Origin: a virus
Virus record (IMG/VR): IMGVR_UViG_3300023184_009676
Coordinates: 1 to 64,000 of that record
Direction: 5' to 3' (one strand)
DNA length: 64,000 nt
The notes beneath the pieces are model-generated. The model was not told the origin of the DNA. It saw only the letters and a program-made list of their open reading frames with translations, and did not search any database. Below are positions 28,701-37,552 of this stretch, piece by piece. The position numbers and the translations under genes were made by a program. Positions within the stretch are counted from its first letter, which is position 1. The number at the start of each line of letters is the position of its first letter.

Positions 28701-31700
28701 TAAATTCTTTATCAAAAATAAATGAAAATTCTTTGGAATTAAAAGCGGCTTTAAAACCTATTTCGGAAAAATACGGGATGGATTTAAGTTTTAAAACTCC
28801 TGGGACATTAACTGCCGCGACGAAACACAATGATTCTTTAGTGGTTCATTACACAAACCCAAAAGCGGCCTCAGAAGTTGAATCTACAATACAAAAATTT
28901 GCTTCATCTAAGGGAATTTCATTTGGGTCAAGGGCTTATACTAGAGGCGTTGATCTTCGTGATCCTAAAGGAAAGGAACAGATTAGCTATGGAAATGTAT
29001 TAGCGAAGCAAATGACTTATGATTTAGCCACTGGAAAATCATTAAATGAGACTTTATCAAGTAGAGTTAAAAATGCGTTTGCAAGTGGATATGCTCCAAA
29101 TTTTGGAAAAATAATTAGTAAAGGCGGTTCTGACCTTGATCTTTCTGAAGATGGAACATTAAAAATACATTATCTTTCTTCGTCTATTTCCAATAACGTT
29201 TTTCACGAACTTCTTGAATCATTAAACGCTGGAGAAATAACAAAAATAGATGGAGGAACAATTGTCGGCCCCAAAGTTCCAAATTTAATTCATCATTTAT
29301 CAAAGCTTTTACCAAAGTTAAGAAAAAATAATCCAAAAATTCCAAGCTCTATTCCAATAACTGGTTATTTTACCCCTAACGATTTATATCGTAACGCTTT
29401 CAAAAATAGGGGTGGAATGGTGCCTCACAGAATATTGGATTCAGTGCATCAAAAAAAATTAGAGGAGCTTGCGTCTAGCCAAGGATTGAGAATTGTAAAA
29501 GCTGGAAGATTTACTCGTTTCGTAAAAAAAGAAGAAAAAGATAATTATAAAACCGTTGACGAAGTTAATATTCCTGGACAAAAATATCCAAGCAGTGGTC
29601 TTTTTACGGAAGAGGATATACAAGGCATATTCCCTCAAGCGACATTTACTACAAAAATACAAAGAGATTTATCTTATAGTAGCGCAACTAGTAGAAAAGA
29701 CCTTACGCAATTAAGAGCCGCTGTAAAAGTAATGGCTGGCCCAAATAAACAAAACATAGAACAAAGATTTAATAGGGAATACATTGAATTATCAAAAGTT
29801 TATGCTCGTGGATTGGCTTCGGGATATAATCCTATTGCCGATGCATTTAGCAGGGAGAATTCTCCAACTGCAAAACTTGGTTTTTCTTCAAGAGTAAAAA
29901 GTCCTGGAAATCCTGGGGGAGCACTAGTTTATGATTCTTCTTATCAGAATGGTCCAGCAGATGCAATTAGACAACATCTTATGTCTGGAAGACCAGATAT
30001 AGTAAATGCTGGAACGCCTAATGAAAAAATTCCAAACTTTGCAATGGATATGTCTGCCGTAGGAAGTATTGCTCTTGGAGCCATGCAAGGTATAGGATTA
30101 TCAGATTGGACAGCTAAAAAGATGCCTGCAGTTTCTTATGGTTTTGATAAAATGCAGCATGCAGTTGGTACTGCTACAGAACAGTTGTTGTCAATGCAAA
30201 AAAGGTTGGAAGCAGGTCAAAATGTAAAATATGGTGGTCAATCATATGCACCGGACGAAGGGCTAAAATTGGCCGCAGAATTTAAAAAAGTTTTTGATCA
30301 AAAATTTAAAGGACAAGGTTTTCAATTTGGTACATCTCAAGAAGAATTAAAATCTCAACACGAATCATACATTCCGTATGCCCAAAAAATGCAAGAAAGA
30401 GAGCAGTCAATTCGCTCTAAAGGATTTGCCGCAAGCATGATTGCTCCCGCAGTTGGTGGGGTTGTTTCTCAAGGGCTTCAAGCCGGTGGATATCTTAATG
30501 CTTCAAAAGCTGTATCAGCATTAACAGATAGCGCCACTATGGCAGCGCAATTCATGATAGCTTTTCCAAATAAAATTGGGACAGCCCTTTCTGGCGCAGT
30601 AATGGCTTCTGGAGTTTCTAATGCTCTTAATGAAATGGTTTATAAAACTGGAACCCTAGAGAGATCATTTGATTTAATAAGTACAAAATTGGAAAAAACT
30701 GCTTCAGCAGTTAATACAGTTAATCAAAGTTATGATGCTCTTGATTCTGCATTAAGATCTGGATCGGTAAGCACTGGTCAGTTAGCGGCTCTCCAAAGAA
30801 ATTTAGCAAAATCTTATGCGGAATTAGGCGGAGTAAAAGGTGGTGGAGCAATTGTCGCCGCAATGAAAGGCGCAGGCACAGCCGAAGCAAGAGCAACGGC
30901 TGGGGCAGAAGCAGTTGATACATTACAAAATGAAAAAAATAGAAGCGGATTTGAATTACAATTTGCAAAACAACAACAAGCTCGTTCTGAATTTGGAGTC
31001 AATCTTGGAAATGGTGCCCAGGGAAATTTTACCCCAAGAAATAAGCAAGAACAACTTGAAAATATAGAATTAATGCGTAGTGCTGCATCAAATATTCAAG
31101 GGGAATTCATTACCGCTCAAAGTAAAAAAGGTGGAAATGCGGAGTTAGTACAAAGAATGGCTACGGGAGTAGTTTCCAGATCAGATGTTGAAACAATTAA
31201 AAAAGGAGCAACAGAAACAGAATCCTATAAAAAATTATCAGAGAAAGACGCCAAAGTAGTAATGGAGGAATTAAATAGACAACTCCAAGAAATCGCTATA
31301 CCAGATGATCAAATTGGTGCATACAAAGAAAGTCTTGCAAAATTAAAAAGCCTCCAAATACAAGAAGTCTATTTGCGCCAAAGCTACAATCAGTCTCTGC
31401 AAAATAAATTGCAAAGCGGTTCCATTGCTTCTTCAATGGCTAATACCAAAAATATATATGGTATTCAGAGCAAGGGGATGCAAGAAGGTTATGAATATTC
31501 CAAAAAAGAAAAGGGATTGGGATTAGAAGCTTTATATACTGGCGAACAGTCAATGATTTTAAAGAGAGGAAAGGAAGAGCAGTCTCATATTGCAGAACAA
31601 ACTGGTCTTAAAGCTCAAGCTGTTAAAGCTCAAGGAGGCGCAGATATTGGTTCTTTAATTAGTGGGCAAATTAGTCAATTTATATCTTCATCTTTAGGAA

Positions 31701-34003
31701 CGGCAGAAGTTTCTGGAAAAACTGGTACTGTACAGCCAAGTGAAGCATTGAGCAAAGCAACAGAATATCTTGGTACCAGACAAAAAGAATTTTCCGGAGC
31801 AGGTGGGGCAGAAAAGTTATTTGATTTGCAAAAAAACGCTGCCTCTCCAGACGAATTTGCCAAAAGTTATCTTGGAGAATTTAAAGACTTTCAAGCTGGA
31901 ACAGGAGGAAAAGGCACAGAGGCAGATTACAAAACTTTACTCAGTCAAATTTCAACAATGTCCGCAGGAGATGTAAATGAAAAAATGTACAAAACTCTCC
32001 TTGATATTCAAAAGGTCGGTGAAGAAGGCAACACTCAGCAAAAAGAAAGCTCTGATGCAATGGTTGCCGCTATTGCCGCTTCTAAATTTAAAGAGGCTGC
32101 CGGTCAATTAGGCGGAGTAGGAATTTTAGATAGAAATACTTTTCGTCAGCAACGTAGAGAAATAAGAAGAGCAGAATCTAGACTGCGCTCAAGAGATGCT
32201 GGAGTAAGAGGCGAAGGGGCCGCAAGATTATTGGCTGCAATTCCCGAAAGCCAAAGAGATTATAATGACCCATATATTAAGAAATTGTATGATACCGCCT
32301 CTGGAGGTATAGCAAATAGACAAGCTCGTACCACGCAAGGCAGCGGCATTGGTAGATTTATGGCTTCTGGTGCAGAAGCTGGCCAAGCTGCAATTTTTGA
32401 GAAATTTAAAGGCACAAATCTACCTATTCCAAAATCAGTACAAGAGGGATTGGAAAAAATGAAAAAGGGGCAAGGCGTAAACCCAGAATTCGACGCCGCT
32501 TTAAAAAAATCCGCAGAATCTCTTAAGTTATCTACGGATGCCGTTGATGCTTTTGCGACTAAAATTAACTCGTTTAATTCTGCAATTGATCTTGGTAAAA
32601 AAGCTGGAGCCATTGAGCAAAACAAAGTTGAACAAGATCAAGTTAAAGCAGAAATGGAGAAACAAAAGGGTGAACCACCCGCAGGCACTGCAAAATCTAG
32701 CGAAGCAATTCTTCCAATAACAGATAGTCTTATTACAAGATATGGTCAAGATACCGTTCGTCTTTTGACTGGTATTTTGGGCGCCATGATTGCTTTGCGC
32801 GTTCTTGGTGGCAAGGGAGCAATTGGTGAAGTTGGCGCAGGAATTGCTGCTGGTGGAAGAAAAGTCATGGGTGGTATAAAAAGCATTGGTAGAGTTTTTG
32901 GTATTGGCGCGGCGGCAGAAGGAGCTGTTGCGGCAGAGGGCGCTATTGCAACAGGGGCTGCCACAGCGGCAAAGGGGACAATTAGAGTAGATCTAGCTAC
33001 TCAACAGGCAAAAGCCTTGGAAAGACAGATGGCTCATATCCCAGAATCTTTTGGGGGTCCAAAAGCTGCAGGTCTATCTTTCGGGGAAGTTTTGCCAGGA
33101 GAATTAACTCATCTTGAACCAACTTCACAACTTAAACCACAATTTAAACCTGGGGTTCCCGTAACTGATGCAGAAATAAATTCTGCTTTAAATGCAGGAA
33201 GAGAATCTGGAAGACAAGCGGCGAGCACAAGTAGAGCCATTGCCGCCACGGAACAGGCAGCAAAGACCGCCAGCGAAGCTTCTAAAGCTGGTAAAGTATT
33301 AGGTATGGGAGCAAAAGTTGGAAAATTCGTAGGAGGTAGTCCATTTTTAGGAGATTTAGTAGATGTTGCTTCTATTGGTGCAGGAGCCCTCTCTGGAGGA
33401 GGAAACGCATCTGAAACAATGGGCGATATGATGTTAGAATCCGCGCAAGAAAGAGTAAATAAACCTGGTGCGCACATGGGCGGCGACTTTTTAGCAGGCA
33501 TGAGCGTAAGAGGAATGACAAGTTCTTTCTTAGCTAAAGATGTTAATAAAATGCAAGAGGGCGAAGGTGGCATAAATAGATTAGAAAATGCCATGAAAAT
33601 GAAAGAATTGATAAAATCTCAGGGTGGCAGCGTCAGAAACTCTGAATTATTTAGCCCAGATTTTAGAAAAAATTTAACAGATCCAGAATGGCAGAAATCT
33701 CATGGTCTTGCTCCTCATTTAGACAAATCTGGTGGCGTTGTTGCTCCAACTGGTGCGGCAATCCCAACTGGAGATGCTGCTGCAAAAGCCAATCCAAAAT
33801 CAGAAGCTTCTAAAACCGAGGCAAAGCCACAAGAACCACAAAAGGTTGATGTCAAAATGAGTGCAGAGCCATTGCATGTAAATGTTACTGTTACTGACGA
33901 AAACGGCAAAAAAATACAAGAAATGCAGCAACAAATTGTTCAGTTCAAGCAAAAATTAGAAGAAGTAACTGGAAATAAAACTCCAGCAACTGTAAAAGCA
34001 TAA
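25706..34003 (+). CDS. Tape measure protein with an internal cargo-domain array
   Basis: 2765 aa. N-terminal TP901-type TMP core (AVDTKFAVSAQDLAKAIERVGSTAAEAGI...RGGAVIGNAFKSIFTRL); Ala/Gly-rich helical remainder; follows chaperone genes. Confidence 0.88.
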   Translation: MEDNLGQVKVLITPVIDQSRLDSGITDAAEKMAARFDKAFTGRGQPLGRITGKVTEFEKSMEAANARVIAFGASAGGIYLVKSAFDKLVSSTIDVEKNITNINMILGLGSSSLKTFSAEMFKAASASGQTFETASKVALEFARHGVSAAETSKRMSSAMQLMRISGLDAGESVDVLTASINSFNKEALTSADVVNRLTAVDTKFAVSAQDLAKAIERVGSTAAEAGIQFNQLLGFVTAAQTQTSRGGAVIGNAFKSIFTRLARPEVLSDLQAVGVTTKDAAGQILPMVQIMKNLASQYSHLGAAQKSFISETVGGVYQVNILKASLADLGNGITIFDKVAATAANSTGVVDKRMAQLNETISSKLNVSANQLTELFSNLGNVSFGGNMKKGLDSVNGQLDFVKRQLADFSEDDTFGQSFGKTIGRGLADAFGNILSGPGLQIGAMLLTKVVLGLGKFAIDAGKNMMGITDALKGQQGLLSSVGNFLQNHKTLLAELESGQISINKVTELYLADLGKEEAHFAAMARYQREIASLARPSLSADAFAHSKGAGASAGYVPAFAQEERDARAKGASPNVKAMFGPNIPGVGPTIINSEEVVRQNYGGSGKPAILRTYGPPGPTKLSGGLVPNFANILGTISVEGTRYQKPDGEIQNLDYPFIDLLSMIQGQYGRQILPISAKSGYEAVEKVGSPAKWNKKGYNKPGAIANYVHELSRPEMFIQESPERLRHIRSSKEVFENRFIKQIGAYNTQGFENLEFLNPVVFAAKEEGQEIYHQMQKQPLLSSADASPAIKSARNLPWYRGGKSFSPTTMVKGENIIGGPKTYGPWYEDYLQKFLGAHPDILSLIGPGMTTESQGQLNQLLRNFSKDYQGEERYFEEKYIKKSGGVVPNFALTNLGKNQKITISQSQIQSKINEAKKTGDFTKAESYLYESLTDKDPNISSSDVFGKLTKEEREAYRAGTSSSDKSNPAWAQWDVIKTGQKAADPAVGNYKSYFSTDLNSLSKINENSLELKAALKPISEKYGMDLSFKTPGTLTAATKHNDSLVVHYTNPKAASEVESTIQKFASSKGISFGSRAYTRGVDLRDPKGKEQISYGNVLAKQMTYDLATGKSLNETLSSRVKNAFASGYAPNFGKIISKGGSDLDLSEDGTLKIHYLSSSISNNVFHELLESLNAGEITKIDGGTIVGPKVPNLIHHLSKLLPKLRKNNPKIPSSIPITGYFTPNDLYRNAFKNRGGMVPHRILDSVHQKKLEELASSQGLRIVKAGRFTRFVKKEEKDNYKTVDEVNIPGQKYPSSGLFTEEDIQGIFPQATFTTKIQRDLSYSSATSRKDLTQLRAAVKVMAGPNKQNIEQRFNREYIELSKVYARGLASGYNPIADAFSRENSPTAKLGFSSRVKSPGNPGGALVYDSSYQNGPADAIRQHLMSGRPDIVNAGTPNEKIPNFAMDMSAVGSIALGAMQGIGLSDWTAKKMPAVSYGFDKMQHAVGTATEQLLSMQKRLEAGQNVKYGGQSYAPDEGLKLAAEFKKVFDQKFKGQGFQFGTSQEELKSQHESYIPYAQKMQEREQSIRSKGFAASMIAPAVGGVVSQGLQAGGYLNASKAVSALTDSATMAAQFMIAFPNKIGTALSGAVMASGVSNALNEMVYKTGTLERSFDLISTKLEKTASAVNTVNQSYDALDSALRSGSVSTGQLAALQRNLAKSYAELGGVKGGGAIVAAMKGAGTAEARATAGAEAVDTLQNEKNRSGFELQFAKQQQARSEFGVNLGNGAQGNFTPRNKQEQLENIELMRSAASNIQGEFITAQSKKGGNAELVQRMATGVVSRSDVETIKKGATETESYKKLSEKDAKVVMEELNRQLQEIAIPDDQIGAYKESLAKLKSLQIQEVYLRQSYNQSLQNKLQSGSIASSMANTKNIYGIQSKGMQEGYEYSKKEKGLGLEALYTGEQSMILKRGKEEQSHIAEQTGLKAQAVKAQGGADIGSLISGQISQFISSSLGTAEVSGKTGTVQPSEALSKATEYLGTRQKEFSGAGGAEKLFDLQKNAASPDEFAKSYLGEFKDFQAGTGGKGTEADYKTLLSQISTMSAGDVNEKMYKTLLDIQKVGEEGNTQQKESSDAMVAAIAASKFKEAAGQLGGVGILDRNTFRQQRREIRRAESRLRSRDAGVRGEGAARLLAAIPESQRDYNDPYIKKLYDTASGGIANRQARTTQGSGIGRFMASGAEAGQAAIFEKFKGTNLPIPKSVQEGLEKMKKGQGVNPEFDAALKKSAESLKLSTDAVDAFATKINSFNSAIDLGKKAGAIEQNKVEQDQVKAEMEKQKGEPPAGTAKSSEAILPITDSLITRYGQDTVRLLTGILGAMIALRVLGGKGAIGEVGAGIAAGGRKVMGGIKSIGRVFGIGAAAEGAVAAEGAIATGAATAAKGTIRVDLATQQAKALERQMAHIPESFGGPKAAGLSFGEVLPGELTHLEPTSQLKPQFKPGVPVTDAEINSALNAGRESGRQAASTSRAIAATEQAAKTASEASKAGKVLGMGAKVGKFVGGSPFLGDLVDVASIGAGALSGGGNASETMGDMMLESAQERVNKPGAHMGGDFLAGMSVRGMTSSFLAKDVNKMQEGEGGINRLENAMKMKELIKSQGGSVRNSELFSPDFRKNLTDPEWQKSHGLAPHLDKSGGVVAPTGAAIPTGDAAAKANPKSEASKTEAKPQEPQKVDVKMSAEPLHVNVTVTDENGKKIQEMQQQIVQFKQKLEEVTGNKTPATVKA
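27362..30043 (+). repeat. Dispersed GxxPNF(A) linker repeats in the TMP
   Basis: SAGYVPAFA 27362, SGGLVPNFA 27572, SGGVVPNFA 28355, ASGYAPNFG 29081, ASGYNPIA 29816, KIPNFA 30026. Confidence 0.8.
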
Positions 34004-34021
34004 GTATAATATTATAACTAT

Positions 34022-35854
34022 ATGGCAAATTTTGTAGGTTTAATAACTGGCACACTAGGGTACGAAAAAAAGAAAGAATTTTTCGGCAACGCCCTTATGC
34101 TCAGGGAGGTTGATACATACAACTATGAAATTTATAGTACTGATTTTGCTACTCAAAGCGCAGATGTAATTCAAAACAAAATTCAACAGCAATTTTCAAG
34201 TGTTTACTCTGGAGATGTTAATGTCAAAGTATTTAATACCCAAAATACTTATCAATTTCCCAGCGATAGTTTAAGGGCTTCAAGATTTTCAGTAACAGTT
34301 GAAATTAAATTGCCATATGCCAATTTATCTAGCGACTTTACTGAATTAGCGGGAAATTATTATAAAGGTTTAGATTCAACATTTTTTACTAACTATGGTA
34401 AATATTTATTGGATTTTAAAGAAGATTTCACCTTTGCAACCAATGCAAATGGAAACAGAGAATTTGGACACAGTGTTTCTTTTGGATTGCAAACTGGTTG
34501 GGCAGGAAGCAATTCTCAAACAGGAAGAAAATCTTATGCACAGCAATTAGTTAGCGGTATTTTTAGTCAAGACAAAAATACCACATTTGGCATAGATACA
34601 ATGGTGGGTAATGTTCTTTATGTTGGGGACAGCGCGGTATTTAGAAATTATTATTCAGAGTCTTATGACTTAATGAAAAACTCTTATACTTTTTCAAGAA
34701 AAAGAGAGCAGTTACCAATTGATTCAACGAATTCAATTTATAACTTGAATTATTCAATTAACTTAAATACAGATGGAACCGTTGATGTTTCAGAAAAAGC
34801 TTCCACAATGGCAAAGATTAGCTTTGTTTCTGCAAAGACTGATTTTGAAAATTTTTATACTGGATCATATGGTCGTTGTAATATTATGTTTAATAAATTT
34901 TATAATTCAAACATTATGTTGCAAGATACGCAATATTCCACTTATGGAATAAATGCTATTTCTGGATTAATAAATTCTCCATTAAAATTAACAAGATTTT
35001 ATGATACAAACAGCTTGCAGTTAAATTATGATGTTACTTATACCAATAATCCAAACTATTCTGGCCCAGGAACAATACAGTCAGAAACACTTGAATTTAA
35101 TATTGATAAATATAATAGAGTTGAAGCGTCTCATGCTTTTGACTTTGTATCTAATAGGATTACGGGTAATGCCTCTACTTTTTCTAGTTTGATAAATTCT
35201 GCTATTTCTTCAACTGGGCCAACAGTAAGTGGGTATTATAGTTCAAATTTTTCTAATATCAACTCTATTTATCCAAAAATTAATTTGATTAAAAGCGCTG
35301 CAAGTTATCCTAATATTAAAACGAAAGCAATGGCAAAGTTTGAATATAGCAACAATCCAACTTATTTTGTCGCATATAATGGGGTAGTATTTAAGGTTTT
35401 AGATTATGATATCGAAAAGAAATCTCCCCCAGACATTATTAAAGAATACAAAATTGTTAATCGCCCTACAAAAAAGTCAATAATGACTTATGAATATCAA
35501 TCGGAAAGGGGCATGATATCAGTAAATGTAAAAGCTTCAATTGGCAAACAAAATAATCAATTTTATCCAAATAATGTTGGCAGTTTTTCACCATTAAATG
35601 ATGATTCGAATGGTAATAGTTTACCGCTATATCAATATTTAAATGCGGTTTATCAATACGCTGGGCAATTATTCATGACTCAATTTGGCGATCCAACCGT
35701 GGCTTTTAATTGGTTCATTGCTGATTCTAGTTATTCTTTTAGCTCCGAAGGAGAGCTGAATGTAAAAATAGATTATAATTATACATTAAAGAAAAGATCC
35801 GACGTTATACAAGCAAATCAAAGACCGACGACAGTGGCGCTCGGTGGTTATTAA
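34022..35854 (+). CDS. Putative distal tail/tail-tip protein
   Basis: First gene after the TMP; beta-rich; GTATAAT upstream. Confidence 0.45.
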   Translation: MANFVGLITGTLGYEKKKEFFGNALMLREVDTYNYEIYSTDFATQSADVIQNKIQQQFSSVYSGDVNVKVFNTQNTYQFPSDSLRASRFSVTVEIKLPYANLSSDFTELAGNYYKGLDSTFFTNYGKYLLDFKEDFTFATNANGNREFGHSVSFGLQTGWAGSNSQTGRKSYAQQLVSGIFSQDKNTTFGIDTMVGNVLYVGDSAVFRNYYSESYDLMKNSYTFSRKREQLPIDSTNSIYNLNYSINLNTDGTVDVSEKASTMAKISFVSAKTDFENFYTGSYGRCNIMFNKFYNSNIMLQDTQYSTYGINAISGLINSPLKLTRFYDTNSLQLNYDVTYTNNPNYSGPGTIQSETLEFNIDKYNRVEASHAFDFVSNRITGNASTFSSLINSAISSTGPTVSGYYSSNFSNINSIYPKINLIKSAASYPNIKTKAMAKFEYSNNPTYFVAYNGVVFKVLDYDIEKKSPPDIIKEYKIVNRPTKKSIMTYEYQSERGMISVNVKASIGKQNNQFYPNNVGSFSPLNDDSNGNSLPLYQYLNAVYQYAGQLFMTQFGDPTVAFNWFIADSSYSFSSEGELNVKIDYNYTLKKRSDVIQANQRPTTVALGGY

Positions 35855-35857
35855 TTT

Positions 35858-37522
35858 ATGACAAATAGCATAACAGTATCATATAATGGCACAGCACTAA
35901 GTCCCACGCCATTAATTAATTATTCAAAATCGCCAATTAATTTTGGTTATATCTATGGATACAATACAGATATAACTTTGGATGGTCTTTATTCTGGTAT
36001 ATCAACTACTGGGGCAGCAATATCTGCTTTGACAACCATATTCGCAAATCAATTTAAAACATTAAGCGTTGACACAGATACAACAGCAAATCTTTATAAA
36101 TGGGATAATGTAACCGTTGATTCTATATCAATTGAACCAAATCCTTATTACTCGGGTAGCTTTGTTAAATATTCTATTAAATTAAAATCTTATGATTTTC
36201 CCAGTGGAGTTATAGATCCTTCGAATGAATATTCTTTCACTCAAAATGATGATGGAACAGTAAATGTTAATCATAAAATTAGCGCTAGGGGCGTAAGAAA
36301 CAATGTTGGAGCGTTTGCAAATGCAATCGCTTTCGTAGGTCAGTTTACTGGAAAAGACCCTTATTCAAATTGCGCACCTTATTTTATTCCAAATGGAAGC
36401 GGGGTATTATTGAGTTCTTCAGAAAGTATAAATCGCGCAGAGGGCATATATAGCGTTAATGAAGTTTATAAATATATAACAGGAGATATAACAAGTCCTT
36501 ATTTTCATACCACCAATTTAAGTATTGATGATAGCATTGAGGCAGACTTTAGAAAAATAAATTACGAATTAAAAATACAAGGGTCGCCAATATCAAAAAA
36601 TTTAGAAAATGTTATTTCTACTTTGAATTATAATCTCCAATCAGACATTGGAGACGAATTTGGATTTGATGTTTCCAACTGGGTAAAGGATACTTATTCT
36701 GCCACAATTGACTCTGGATCCGCATCAATTGATATTAAAGTCGGTTATATCTCTGGCGCATCAATAAAAACTGGATTTTTTGATTATGATGTATCTTGGG
36801 ATAATGATAGGTTAACAAATACAGAAAATTGGAGAATAAATGGGGATTTTAGATGTTTTGGTCCATTAGAATATAAAAGAAATCAATTAGATAAATTTAA
36901 GACCGCCAATAATATAAATTTCTCGGGAAACGATGCTTACCGTCCTTATTTGTCGGGACTGATAACTTCTTCTCCAATTTTTTCAAGTTTGCATGATTCT
37001 TTTAAGAGGTTGTCTTATAATTCAAAAATTGTTGTGAATGAGAATCAGAAATTAGCTACATTAAGGCTATCTTTGGAATTAAATGCTTCTTATGAGCCCG
37101 CTGGAGTTTCTGAATTAAGATATTCTTTGGATGGCTCTCCTTCTAAATGGATATATGAATTACTTCCTTCCGCAAATATTGAAGGATCTTTTGTTGTTCA
37201 AGACTTGCAATTACAGACACAGCCAAAGCAAAAATTTACAATTTCGGCAAAAACATATGATAAAGCAGCCGCAGCATCTGCCATTTATGGATATATGAAT
37301 GGATTAACTTCAACATATGTAAATTCTGGCACGGACACCGATGTGGGGGCATTTTTAATTGATGAAAATTTACGCACGGGTGTTTATGATATTTCTTTGT
37401 CCAAAGAATTTTTAGGAAATGATAATGCCTCAATTTCTTCTACTTTGTTAAAATTGCAGGCAATTGGTACATATTCTGGAACTGTTGCAGTTCGTCCTGG
37501 AGGATATAATTTTGGTTATTAA
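35858..37522 (+). CDS. Putative tail-tip protein, paralog-like to 34022
   Basis: YSFTQNDDGTVNVNHKISA resembles FTFATNANGNREFGHSVSF and YSINLNTDGTVDVSEK in the previous gene. Confidence 0.45.
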   Translation: MTNSITVSYNGTALSPTPLINYSKSPINFGYIYGYNTDITLDGLYSGISTTGAAISALTTIFANQFKTLSVDTDTTANLYKWDNVTVDSISIEPNPYYSGSFVKYSIKLKSYDFPSGVIDPSNEYSFTQNDDGTVNVNHKISARGVRNNVGAFANAIAFVGQFTGKDPYSNCAPYFIPNGSGVLLSSSESINRAEGIYSVNEVYKYITGDITSPYFHTTNLSIDDSIEADFRKINYELKIQGSPISKNLENVISTLNYNLQSDIGDEFGFDVSNWVKDTYSATIDSGSASIDIKVGYISGASIKTGFFDYDVSWDNDRLTNTENWRINGDFRCFGPLEYKRNQLDKFKTANNINFSGNDAYRPYLSGLITSSPIFSSLHDSFKRLSYNSKIVVNENQKLATLRLSLELNASYEPAGVSELRYSLDGSPSKWIYELLPSANIEGSFVVQDLQLQTQPKQKFTISAKTYDKAAAASAIYGYMNGLTSTYVNSGTDTDVGAFLIDENLRTGVYDISLSKEFLGNDNASISSTLLKLQAIGTYSGTVAVRPGGYNFGY

Positions 37523-37529
37523 GTGTAAT
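37523..37529 (+). promoter_or_regulatory. GTGTAAT motif
   Basis: Immediately after the stop at 37522; upstream of an AAGGA SD and ATG 37553. Confidence 0.5.
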
Positions 37530-37552
37530 TAATCATATTAGGACAAAGGAAA

